64,000 nt of DNA from Candidatus Latescibacterota bacterium (GTDB lineage: Bacteria > Latescibacterota > UBA2968 > UBA8231): the NCBI GenBank assembly GCA_965197905.1, contig CBDAOB010000005.1, positions 588,176 to 652,175 on the forward strand. Reading direction: 5' to 3'. The notes under the pieces are model-generated. The model was not told where the DNA came from. It made no database searches and saw nothing but the letters and a program-made list of their open reading frames with translations. Shown one piece after another: positions 29,026 to 37,593 of this stretch. A program made the position numbers and the translations under genes. The first letter of the stretch is position 1. Every line of letters begins with the position of its first letter.

Positions 29026-30972
29026 ATGGATCACTCATCCTCACGATCTGTCGAATCCTCCGCCGAATCAGGCAAAGTCGATCGCCACATCACCGCTCGC
29101 GCGATTGCCATCGGGGGAATTACGATCGCGGCGATTTTCTACGGAATCGACATAGCGGTCAAATCCCAGCTTCCTCTCATCGTTATCGGCGCCTTCATGA
29201 TGTGGCTGTTCGTCAACATACTTCTGAAGAAGCTGCTGCCGTTTCTTGCTCTCAGTCGCAGTGAGCTGCTGACCATCTTCGGAATGCTGTGGGTCGCGGG
29301 TACTATTTCGGGCAGTGGGTGGATGAGTTATTGGGCACTCATCATGGCGACCCCGGCGTATTACGACTCCGAGGAGAATCAGTGGTCGGACACGATCTTC
29401 GATTTCATGCCCTGGCATGTCTTTCCGGAGACCGATGCACGGGTCATCGACGCATTTTGGCTGGGGTTACCGGAAGGCGCCCCTATACCCTGGGACGGTT
29501 GGTTAGGTGCAGCCAGTCAGTGGTTCACGATATCCGTGGCGTTAGTCGTTTTCGGTTTCTGCATAATTCTCCTTTTCCAGCGGCAATGGGAAGAGAAGGA
29601 GCGCCTGGCGTTCCCCATCGCACAGGTCCCGGTCGAGTTGACCGCCGGTGTCGACGGTCCGCGGGCGGTGCCCGAGATGCTGCGCTCCCGTCTCTTCTGG
29701 TGCGGCTTTCTCCTGATCTTTGTTCCAATCCTCTATAGCGTCGCCACCTACTTCATCGCCGGGCTGCCCGCCCTAGAATTCTACTGGATCGCCTACGATC
29801 TGAAGATTGGTGGCTCTGTTCCCGATCTCTGGGTGCGCATCCTGCCGATGCTGATGATCATGCTCTACCTGTGTCCCCTGGATATTCTCGGGAGTTTCAT
29901 CCTGTTCTATTTCATCGCGGTCGCGAAAGGCACGGCGATGCAGCGGATCGGATTCTCGGTCGGTTCGGAGGGTCATGTGCTGGGTTGGGAGAAGATCCTG
30001 CAGATGGAAGCCTACGGCGCCCAGATCTTCGTCGCGTTGTGGTCCATATGGCTTGCACGCCGTCACCTGCGACGCATCTGGGAGCAGGCGCGAAGTGGGG
30101 AAGGTGACCCGAGTGATGTGGTGCGCTACCGGATCGCCTTCTTGGGATTGGTGCTTTCGGCCATCTATATCATCGCCTGGCAGGTGAGCATAGGAATGAA
30201 CCTGGTTCTTTCCGTCGGCATGTTCTTGTTGACAACGCTCATCTACTTCCTCATAGCCAAACTGGTTGCCGCCACCGGATTCAGCTATCTGCTGCCGCAC
30301 TGGGATCACATGAAGGGAAAGTCGTTCATCCTAGATCTAGTGGGCACAAACCACATTTCCTCACAGAGCCTGGTAGCGTTCAGCGTGGTCACCAGTCACG
30401 CCTATTTTGGCAACTTTCGCGTCTCGGCATGGCCGGCCATCCCCCATATCCTCAAAATGTTTCCGGTGCGTCGGCAACTGGGCAAGGTCGCGGCGATGGT
30501 GGCGGTGGCTTTCGCCGTTGGATTTGTGTCAGCCTGCGTTTCAGCGTTGAGCACCGGTTACGAAGGCGGCATGTTTCGCAGCGTCGGCGCCGGCGTCAGT
30601 TCTTTCGACTACACCGTGGACCTAATTCTGAATCCCCGGCTTCCCGACTTCGGCCGCTGGGGGGTCTGGTTGTTTGGGTTCTTCGAGGGGATGCTCTTGG
30701 CCATCTTGCGCGCTCGCGTCCACTGGTTCCCGCTGCACCCGATCGGCTTGGCTTTTCAGTACACGCCGTCGCCACATCGCTACTGGGCGACGTTGTTGAT
30801 CGTCTGGTGGGTAAAGTTCGCGTTGCTGCGTTATGGAGGGCCACGGGCGTATGAAACCGGGAAGCGATTCTTCTACGGTCTTGCGGTGGGTTACGTCATG
30901 GGAGCGTTGCTGTCCGACGGCGTGGACTACATCTGGTTTCCCCTCGATCCGCATATCGTCCACACCTGGTAG
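29026..30972 (+). CDS. Large polytopic membrane protein, paralog 4
   Basis: Start at ATG 29026 ('MDHSSSRSVESSAESGKVDRHITARAIAIGGITI...'). The 1047-aa ORF-track entry 27829..30972 is a read-through of an out-of-frame stretch overlapping paralog 3. It has the same motif set ('SELLTIFGMLWVAG', 'NQWSDTIFDFMPWH', 'ERLAFPIAQVPVELTAG', 'YLCPLDILGS', 'WSIWLARRHLRRIW', 'AKLVAATG', 'HWFPLHPIGLAFQ'). Confidence 0.75.
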   Translation: MDHSSSRSVESSAESGKVDRHITARAIAIGGITIAAIFYGIDIAVKSQLPLIVIGAFMMWLFVNILLKKLLPFLALSRSELLTIFGMLWVAGTISGSGWMSYWALIMATPAYYDSEENQWSDTIFDFMPWHVFPETDARVIDAFWLGLPEGAPIPWDGWLGAASQWFTISVALVVFGFCIILLFQRQWEEKERLAFPIAQVPVELTAGVDGPRAVPEMLRSRLFWCGFLLIFVPILYSVATYFIAGLPALEFYWIAYDLKIGGSVPDLWVRILPMLMIMLYLCPLDILGSFILFYFIAVAKGTAMQRIGFSVGSEGHVLGWEKILQMEAYGAQIFVALWSIWLARRHLRRIWEQARSGEGDPSDVVRYRIAFLGLVLSAIYIIAWQVSIGMNLVLSVGMFLLTTLIYFLIAKLVAATGFSYLLPHWDHMKGKSFILDLVGTNHISSQSLVAFSVVTSHAYFGNFRVSAWPAIPHILKMFPVRRQLGKVAAMVAVAFAVGFVSACVSALSTGYEGGMFRSVGAGVSSFDYTVDLILNPRLPDFGRWGVWLFGFFEGMLLAILRARVHWFPLHPIGLAFQYTPSPHRYWATLLIVWWVKFALLRYGGPRAYETGKRFFYGLAVGYVMGALLSDGVDYIWFPLDPHIVHTW

Positions 30973-31001
30973 CCCAGGCGCCACGTCGCGTCACCGGCTG
31001 T

Positions 31002-31760
31002 TCAACGCCCTAAGATGCGGGCAACCTCCTCGACGATACGCGATTCGAGCCCGGTGGATTTGTTGACGAATCCTTCCACGTCCGATTTCAGAAAGGCTAC
31101 GGTGTTCTGGTCGATATCCTCGGATAGTACGACGATCGGAATCGTTACGTTCATGTTTCTTCGAAGTTTGCGGATGGCGCCATGGCCGCCGGCGTCCGGG
31201 GTGGCGATATCTATCAGGATGAGATCGAAAGGTCGCGTAGACAGCAGCTGTACGGCGTGATCGAACGAGGGGGAAAGAATGACGCGATGCCGCTGTCCGA
31301 GCGCTTTTACGACCTCGGTCCTGGACCCCACCGACGAATCGATGAGCAGGATGGCGGCGCGGCCTTTGAATTCGATGTCAGCGGAACCGCGAGGACGTTC
31401 AAGCGCTTTCTCAAGCGCACCAGCCAGCTTCTCCTCGCTAAACGGCTTGACCACGTATCCGGCAGGATTCGTAGCGCGGGCGCGTTGAATGGTCTGCGGA
31501 TCGGTGTTTGCGGTGACATAGATTACTGGGGTTCCCATTCGCTCGCCAATGACCTGTGCCGCCATGACGCCATCCTTTTCGCCCTCAAGGCGAATGTCCA
31601 TGAGGACTACATCCGGCTTGAGCTGCGCGGCCTTGGACACGACAGCGGTTCCGGATGAAACAACTTCAGCGACCTTATACCCCAACTTTTTTACAATATC
31701 GGCCAGATGGGTGGCAACGATCGCCTCGTCTTCGGCAATGAGAACCGTACTATCCGACAT
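31002..31760 (-). CDS. Response regulator with two tandem receiver (REC) domains and no output domain
   Basis: REC1 has 'VLIAEDE...VVLMDIRLEG...PVIYVTAN...GYVVKPF'. REC2 has 'ILLIDSS...DLILIDIATPDAGG...IPIVVLSE' but only one acidic residue in the first acidic pocket, so it is possibly a pseudo-receiver. Confidence 0.75.
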   Translation of the reverse strand: MSDSTVLIAEDEAIVATHLADIVKKLGYKVAEVVSSGTAVVSKAAQLKPDVVLMDIRLEGEKDGVMAAQVIGERMGTPVIYVTANTDPQTIQRARATNPAGYVVKPFSEEKLAGALEKALERPRGSADIEFKGRAAILLIDSSVGSRTEVVKALGQRHRVILSPSFDHAVQLLSTRPFDLILIDIATPDAGGHGAIRKLRRNMNVTIPIVVLSEDIDQNTVAFLKSDVEGFVNKSTGLESRIVEEVARILGR

Positions 31761-32050
31761 CTAAAATCGTCCCGTTGTCTGAGTCCTTAAACCGATCAGT
31801 AGTAGCCCTAGGGTGTTATATAACAATATCGGCAGCTCTCGCCAGAAGGAACGTGACCTATCTTACACATGGAACCGGTAAAACAGATACACGCGATGCA
31901 AAACGGTTAACGAATTGAGAAAGTATTTTTTATTCACGCCCAGAGGTCGCTGCGATCTGCATAGCAGCCGAACGTATCGAGATGATGATGGTGATTGGCC
32001 GCGCGTGGGAGGTTGCTAGGTGTCGCGATGGGAGTCTAGCGTGGGAAAGT

Positions 32051-32082
32051 GACAACCGCCCAGACATCTCCGGGCGGTTGTC
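32051..32082. other. Perfect 11-bp-stem hairpin (possible terminator or regulatory stem-loop) in an AT-richer 330-bp intergenic block
   Basis: 'GACAACCGCCC' (32051-32061) and 'GGGCGGTTGTC' (32072-32082) flank a 10-nt loop, immediately after the stop of the minus-strand gene 32093..32515. There is no clear U-tract on either strand. Confidence 0.4.
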
Positions 32083-32092
32083 GTATTAGGTT

Positions 32093-32515
32093 CTAGGCGA
32101 AGCTGCCTTTGAGATCTGCAAGCAAAGCCTGGTAGATCGGGGAGACGAATTCTGCCACCCCGCCGCCGCTATTCTCCCACTTGGAAGTCCACAACACGAA
32201 GGTTGTGTTGTTTTCGGTAATTGGGGAGATACGAACCTCGCCGTAGTACCCCGACACGTTATCCTTCGACACTGCCTCCGGCCCGTCATCGATGCTGTAG
32301 CGTATGACACACTCCGTATCGTCGAGGGCATGCAGGGTTTCGTGGAAAGCGTCGTTCAGGACGCGTTTGGCACCGACCTGTGTACCCGGTACGTCGCCCA
32401 CAGCCACGCAGCTGGTCACGACGTTGGGAAACTTGGACATGTCGTGAAAGTCTCGCACGGCGTTCCAAACCTGGTCCGCTGGAGCGTCGACGACGATTGA
32501 GTTGTAACAGCCCAT
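32093..32515 (-). CDS. SRPBCC-superfamily (polyketide cyclase/dehydrase-like) small protein
   Basis: Start at ATG 32513-32515 with SD 'GGAGGA' ('MGCYNSIVVDAPADQVWNAVRDFHD...'), the typical N-terminus of PF10604-like proteins. Confidence 0.6.
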   Translation of the reverse strand: MGCYNSIVVDAPADQVWNAVRDFHDMSKFPNVVTSCVAVGDVPGTQVGAKRVLNDAFHETLHALDDTECVIRYSIDDGPEAVSKDNVSGYYGEVRISPITENNTTFVLWTSKWENSGGGVAEFVSPIYQALLADLKGSFA

Positions 32516-32663
32516 TGGAATCCTCCGAGGTTGCTGTAGGTGGACCCGAAGAACATGAGACATACCAAAGGCGAAATCAAGATTTGGCAGGGCGAGTGAT
32601 TCGAGTTGCGACCCTCTTTTCAGCAGCTATGTTTGTGGCATCACCAACTGACTGGAGCCATCC

Positions 32664-33023
32664 ATGAAACATTACGGATTGACCCTTTGTCTGCAGGATG
32701 ATGCGGAGGTCATAGAGCGCTACAAAGAATACCATAGGAATCCATGGCCAGGACCGCTGCAAGGTTTGCGAGACGTGGGCATCGTGGACATGCAGATCTT
32801 TCTTCTAGGCACCCGCATGTTCATGTATATGACGACTATCGATGAATTCGAACCCGATGTAGATTTTCCGAAGTACATCGAAGCGAATCCAAAGGCGAAG
32901 GAATGGGACGACCTCATGCGCACCTTTCAAGTCAAGGTGGCCGAAGCAAAAGAAGAGGAGTGGTGGGCGATGATGGAGCACGTGTTTGACCTGGGAAGAC
33001 ATTTGCCTGCAGAAGAGGATTAA
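32664..33023 (+). CDS. rhaM: L-rhamnose mutarotase-like protein
   Basis: 119 aa. 'MKHYGLTLCLQDDAEVIERYKEYHRNPWPGPLQGLRDVGIVDMQIFL' fits the RhaM fold family (M-[IK]-[RK]-x-[AG]-x-x-[ML]-x-[LV]...Y...H...WP). Confidence 0.65.
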   Translation: MKHYGLTLCLQDDAEVIERYKEYHRNPWPGPLQGLRDVGIVDMQIFLLGTRMFMYMTTIDEFEPDVDFPKYIEANPKAKEWDDLMRTFQVKVAEAKEEEWWAMMEHVFDLGRHLPAEED

Positions 33024-33029
33024 GCGGCG

Positions 33030-33914
33030 ATGAAGATCGAGCATATCAAGACAGACGCAGACAACACCACCATCGTCATCGAAGGTTTGATCCGAAACCT
33101 GAAGCTGCTTCATCTGACCGACAGTCACATGGTCGAAGGCGACGAGCGTGACCCGGAGGCAGAGGAACACGTCGAAAGATATAGGGAGGTATTCGCAGAG
33201 TATGCAGATGGAAGGCCAACCAATGAGATCTTCCAGGGAATCGTCCGTGCGGTTTCAGATCTGAAGCTGGATGCAGCTCTGCTTACGGGTGACATCATTC
33301 ATTTCCCCTCCTACGCCGCCTTGGAGCAGATCGAGTATGGAGTGCAAGACCTTGGGGTGCCGCATCTATACACCGTGGGCAATCACGACTGGTTCTTTCC
33401 CCATCTCCCCTGGAACGACGAGACACGGTTCCAGTATTACCCCAGATTCCATGGCTTGACTCAAGGTGATCCTTCCTTTCAGGTCCTCGAGATCGGGGGA
33501 GTGCGTTTGATCGCAATGGACAACAGCACGTATCAGGTCAGCAGCGAGCAGGTCAGTCGGTTGAAGCAGGAGCTGGCTAGTGGCAAACCCTCGTTGCTGT
33601 CGGTGCACGTGCCCTTGTTTATCGAATCCCTTGCCGGCCCCGTAATCGATCGATGGAAGGCGCCTATCATGATGGGCGCCGAGGACGGCTGGTCCGACGA
33701 AACCCGCGAGAAGTGGAAGGTTTTCGAGAACTACGACAGCACCATGGATTGCCTCGATTTCTTGACCAACGGCCCCTGTGACAATCTCGCCGGGGTCTTT
33801 TGCGGCCACGTACATTTTCCCCACGTGGACTTGCTGAGACCGGGCTGTTGTCAGTACGTAGGTGCTCCTGGTTTCGAGGGCCGCTACAGAATCGTCGAAC
33901 TCAAGGGGTCGTAG
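33030..33914 (+). CDS. Calcineurin-like metallophosphoesterase
   Basis: 'HLTDSHM', 'GDIIHF', 'GNHDW' and 'GHVHFPH' give the complete D-x-H / GD / GNH[DE] / GH-x-H metallophosphatase motif series. It lies 6 nt downstream of rhaM. Confidence 0.7.
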   Translation: MKIEHIKTDADNTTIVIEGLIRNLKLLHLTDSHMVEGDERDPEAEEHVERYREVFAEYADGRPTNEIFQGIVRAVSDLKLDAALLTGDIIHFPSYAALEQIEYGVQDLGVPHLYTVGNHDWFFPHLPWNDETRFQYYPRFHGLTQGDPSFQVLEIGGVRLIAMDNSTYQVSSEQVSRLKQELASGKPSLLSVHVPLFIESLAGPVIDRWKAPIMMGAEDGWSDETREKWKVFENYDSTMDCLDFLTNGPCDNLAGVFCGHVHFPHVDLLRPGCCQYVGAPGFEGRYRIVELKGS

Positions 33915-34400
33915 ACCTTCGGCCCATTTTGGAGCCTAGGTTGCTGCTTTCGCTCCTGATCATCTGGAGCACCTTTTCGTTCCTGATATTCTTCCCATTT
34001 CTGCTATTGTTGAGAGCAACAGCATTGCGGGGCGACGAGAGGCTCACGGTCGCCGTCTCTCTTTCGATTCTGAATTCGGTGGCGGCCGGATTTTCATTTT
34101 ACCGCTCGTCTGCCTTATCAAGTCGTACTCCGGCGGCGGGTGGTATTTCCACTGACTGAGACATTGTCACAAGAGCCTTGTTTTTTTCCGGCAGTGGCCC
34201 CCGATACCATGCCCGATCGGCCTTCACGACCTCCGTTGATGAGCCTGATTCCGGGGAGCGCCGCTGTGAGTTTTACACGGGATCACGTTCAAACGCCGTG
34301 GATGTTGTGGAGCTTGATCGCGGTGTTTCTCGCGTGTCGGTTCTGGTTTCTGGTGAGAACGACGATTTCTCGACGACAACGACGGCCAGGCATTCCACGA

Positions 34401-35459
34401 CTAGGCCATGGATCGCTCCTGGTGTTCGTTGTTGGCAGCCTGTACGAGCGCACGTAGATAGGCGATGGAATAGGCCAGTCCGGTGTGCGATCCGCCGACC
34501 ATGGAGGGGATGTGATCGGGAATGACGCATCCGTCGAACTCGACGTCCCGCAGGGCGCGCATGACCTGGTGCATATCGTAATATCCGTCGTCGATGAAGG
34601 TTTCTTGCCAGGGTTCCGGCAGCGGATTGGAAACGTTGCGAAAGTGAACCTTGAACAGCTTCCCCTGGCTGCCAAAATGTTGTATCGCCTCCTCGACACT
34701 GGCGCCCATCGCCTCCGCTCCGCCTTCCAGCCAGCAACCCACGCATAAGCAGACGCCCACATTGGGACTGTCAGCGATTTCCAACGCTCGCTTATACCCC
34801 TCGAAACCGCCGAAGATACAGCGGGGCACGCCCCCCAACGGATAGATGGGTGGATCGTCTGGATGAATGCCGATATACACTCCTTCCTGCTCGGCGACGG
34901 GGGCGACCTTGCGAATGAAATATTGGTAGTTGTCCCAGATCTCTTCCTCGGAGTACTCGCGGCCGTGGGAGAATTCGCCGTCGTAGTTTACACCGTTCCA
35001 GCTGCCCTGTGCGTTCTTCAGGTCGAAGTGTCTGGCCTCTACTCCACCGCGGCCGGTGGTGGCGCCCGAGCTCCAGGTGCCGCTGGCCATATGAGCGTAG
35101 GTGTTGTAATAGATGCCCACTGAGGCGATATCGCGAATAAATTGAATGAACTCTTCGACCTTCTGGTCACGGCCCGGCAGGTTCAGGGTGATTTCGGGCG
35201 AGTTGTGTACGCTTTCGTTGTGGATACGGTAGATTTTGAGGCCGTAATCGGCGAGTCGTTCCTTGAATCTGCGATAGTGAGACAGGGTCTGTTTGTCGCC
35301 ATCGTACGGAGTGACCATAGCCCAGTCGACTCCCAGTTGCCGTAGCAGCTGCAGCTCTTCGTCATCGTTATCGGGATTGACGTAGGTTCCGATTTGAATA
35401 CCCGGGTGGTCTGAATGGTAGCCGGGGATGACGCGCAGTGAATATTGATCGTTCTTCAT
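34401..35459 (-). CDS. uxuA: Mannonate dehydratase family (UxuA-like, xylose-isomerase-like TIM barrel)
   Basis: 'FIRKVAPVAEQEGVYIGIHPDDPPIYPLGGVPRCI' parallels E. coli UxuA '[34 protein letters not shown]'. 'VHFRNV' parallels 'THLRS'. Confidence 0.6.
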   Translation of the reverse strand: MKNDQYSLRVIPGYHSDHPGIQIGTYVNPDNDDEELQLLRQLGVDWAMVTPYDGDKQTLSHYRRFKERLADYGLKIYRIHNESVHNSPEITLNLPGRDQKVEEFIQFIRDIASVGIYYNTYAHMASGTWSSGATTGRGGVEARHFDLKNAQGSWNGVNYDGEFSHGREYSEEEIWDNYQYFIRKVAPVAEQEGVYIGIHPDDPPIYPLGGVPRCIFGGFEGYKRALEIADSPNVGVCLCVGCWLEGGAEAMGASVEEAIQHFGSQGKLFKVHFRNVSNPLPEPWQETFIDDGYYDMHQVMRALRDVEFDGCVIPDHIPSMVGGSHTGLAYSIAYLRALVQAANNEHQERSMA

Positions 35460-35523
35460 AACGGTATGCCTCTAGGGAGCAACGAAGGTGTAAGCCGCGA
35501 GCCGCTCACGGCCGCTGCATGAT

Positions 35524-36369
35524 TCAATAATATTTTTCCCGGCCTGTGTGTTTCTTTACCAGCTCCTTCAGCTCCGCCTTCTCCCCCATCGCGGTGAGCT
35601 CGAGAGTCTCTGGGTCCAGCTCGATGCCGTCGTTAGCCGCGTCCGCAAGAGCCTTGTCTATCTGACTATTGTAGTAGTACTGGGGCCGGTAGGCGTAGAA
35701 CATCATGGTTCGGTCCCGGTCCTTGGGAAGCCAGGGCAAGGCCGCGTGATTTAGACGCAGCGGCATGATGATCATATCCCCGGCATTCACCGGAACGTTG
35801 ATGAATCCCAGCTTGTCTCGTTCTGCGGCATCGGTGGGATAGGCATCCTTCTGATAGAACAGCTCGCGTGGGTATTCGAAGCTCGCCCTGTGGGCTCCCG
35901 GAACCACCAGGAGACCGCCGTCGCCAGGACGAACCTCGGTCAGGTAGACGAAGAAGGTCGACCAGTCGCAATAGATCCTGCGGTGGACCACATCCGTGAA
36001 GAAGCGCGGCGCGTCCTCGTGCATCTCGCTGAGAATGTCCTTGCGCAGATGGAAGTTATGGAACCCGTGGTCGGAATTCTGAACCATCATCGTGCCGTCG
36101 ACGAGGCGGGGCAAGTTGTTGGTCAGATGACAGGCGTAGTCGAGCATCTTGGGCGAGTAGGCGATACGCTCCAACACCTTGTCGTGGAGAAAAGCGTTTC
36201 GGTACTTATCACCGTAACCGTCTCCCTTGTTCCCATCTATGAGGTGCTCATGCTCGTTGACGATGCGGTCCGCGCTTTCTTGAGCCTGCGCGAGGGTCTC
36301 CGCGTCCACGACGTTCTCCACCTTCAAAAACCCGAGGGTATCGAACAGGTACAACTCTTCTTCGGTCAT
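35524..36369 (-). CDS. Phytanoyl-CoA dioxygenase (PhyH) family Fe(II)/2-oxoglutarate oxygenase
   Basis: Start at ATG 36367-36369 with SD 'AGGTGG' ('MTEEELYLFDTLGFLKVENV'). It has an HxD...H pattern ('NSDHGFHNFH', 'NHAALPW'). The upstream 73-codon extension is unsupported. Confidence 0.65.
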   Translation of the reverse strand: MTEEELYLFDTLGFLKVENVVDAETLAQAQESADRIVNEHEHLIDGNKGDGYGDKYRNAFLHDKVLERIAYSPKMLDYACHLTNNLPRLVDGTMMVQNSDHGFHNFHLRKDILSEMHEDAPRFFTDVVHRRIYCDWSTFFVYLTEVRPGDGGLLVVPGAHRASFEYPRELFYQKDAYPTDAAERDKLGFINVPVNAGDMIIMPLRLNHAALPWLPKDRDRTMMFYAYRPQYYYNSQIDKALADAANDGIELDPETLELTAMGEKAELKELVKKHTGREKYY

Positions 36370-36496
36370 TGGTCCACCTGCCTTGCGGGGAGTTGATGGT
36401 TGTTGTTGGCCGACATGCGTTCGTCCTCGAAGGTGGTCAGGATCGGTCCGGCGCACAAGTGGATCAGAGAATTTCAGTGAACGGACTGAAGCGGCA

Positions 36497-37480
36497 TCAT
36501 GGCACCTCGAGCAACACCTTTCCGAAGGTCTCGTTGCTCGCCACCAGGTCGTGAGCTTCGGCGGCACGGTCCATCGGAAGAACTGCGTCAATAATAGGCT
36601 TGATCTCTCCCTCAGCGATGAGGGGCCACACGCGCTCCCTCAACGCAGTCATGACCTCCCCTTTCCGGGCGACCGAACGCGCCCGCAAGGTCGAACCTAC
36701 CAGTTTTAGACGTTTGGCGAGGATGAGGCCGAGGTGGATGTTGGCTTCGGCTCCACCCATCAATCCGATCAATACCAGGCGGCCTTCCATACTGAGGCTC
36801 TTGAGGTTTTCTTTTAGATATTGGCCCCCTACCGGATCGAGGATTACGTCCATGCCTTTATCATCGGTCCAAGCGGCCACGCGCTCGCCAAATCGCCCCT
36901 CGTGTCGATTGCAACCCGCCTCAGCCCCAAGATCCACGCAACGGGCGATTTTTTCATCAGAGCCGGCGGTAACGAAACAAGGACTTGCGAAGGCGCGGCA
37001 GAGCTGAATAGCCGCCGTGCCCACGCCGCTTGCCCCAGCGTGCAACAACGCTCGTTCGCCCGGTTTTAACGCGGCCTCCACAAAGAGGTTCAGGTAAGCC
37101 GTGGCAAATACCTCGGGAAGAGCGGCCGCTTCAACCAGGGAAATTCCGGACGGTACGGGCACCACCTGCGCGGCCGGCACCACGGCCTTTTCGGCGTATC
37201 CACCTCCTGCAAGCAGCGCGCACACCTCATCGCCGCAGTCGAACGAGGTCACCTCTGCGCCTACGGCATCCACCACGCCGGAGCATTCCAATCCAAGGAT
37301 CTGACTGGCACCCGGTGGCGGCGGGTAGTCGCCCCGGCGTTGCAGCAGATCGGCCCGGTTTACCGCGCTGGCGCAAACGGCGATTCGAACCTCGTCCGCT
37401 GCCGGTTCGCCGATCTCACAGTCAACCCAGGAAAGCCGGTCGCCGTCTATCTGTATAGCTTTTCCTGTCGATCCTCGCAT
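36497..37480 (-). CDS. NAD(P)H:quinone oxidoreductase / zinc-independent MDR-family dehydrogenase (Qor/PIG3-like)
   Basis: 'RIAVCASAVNRADLLQRRGDYPPPPGASQILGLECSGVV' and the NAD(P) site 'LLHAGASGVGTAAIQL' are diagnostic. Confidence 0.8.
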   Translation of the reverse strand: MRGSTGKAIQIDGDRLSWVDCEIGEPAADEVRIAVCASAVNRADLLQRRGDYPPPPGASQILGLECSGVVDAVGAEVTSFDCGDEVCALLAGGGYAEKAVVPAAQVVPVPSGISLVEAAALPEVFATAYLNLFVEAALKPGERALLHAGASGVGTAAIQLCRAFASPCFVTAGSDEKIARCVDLGAEAGCNRHEGRFGERVAAWTDDKGMDVILDPVGGQYLKENLKSLSMEGRLVLIGLMGGAEANIHLGLILAKRLKLVGSTLRARSVARKGEVMTALRERVWPLIAEGEIKPIIDAVLPMDRAAEAHDLVASNETFGKVLLEVP

Positions 37481-37593
37481 TGGCCACTCGATATTCTCAG
37501 GCGTTGGTCGGGTCTTTGAACCTCAGAACCGAGCGACACAACCGCCCCATGTCAACCCAGGATGCCGCCTTGTGCCACCTCTCAGTTTGACAT

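Noticed and set aside
27829-30972. 1047-aa ORF in the track suggesting a giant protein
   Set aside because: Its first ~400 codons overlap paralog 3 (27083..29020) in a different frame and are Arg/Gly/Pro-rich junk typical of out-of-frame high-GC translation. The real gene starts at ATG 29026, immediately after the stop of paralog 3, and aligns along its full length with the other family members.
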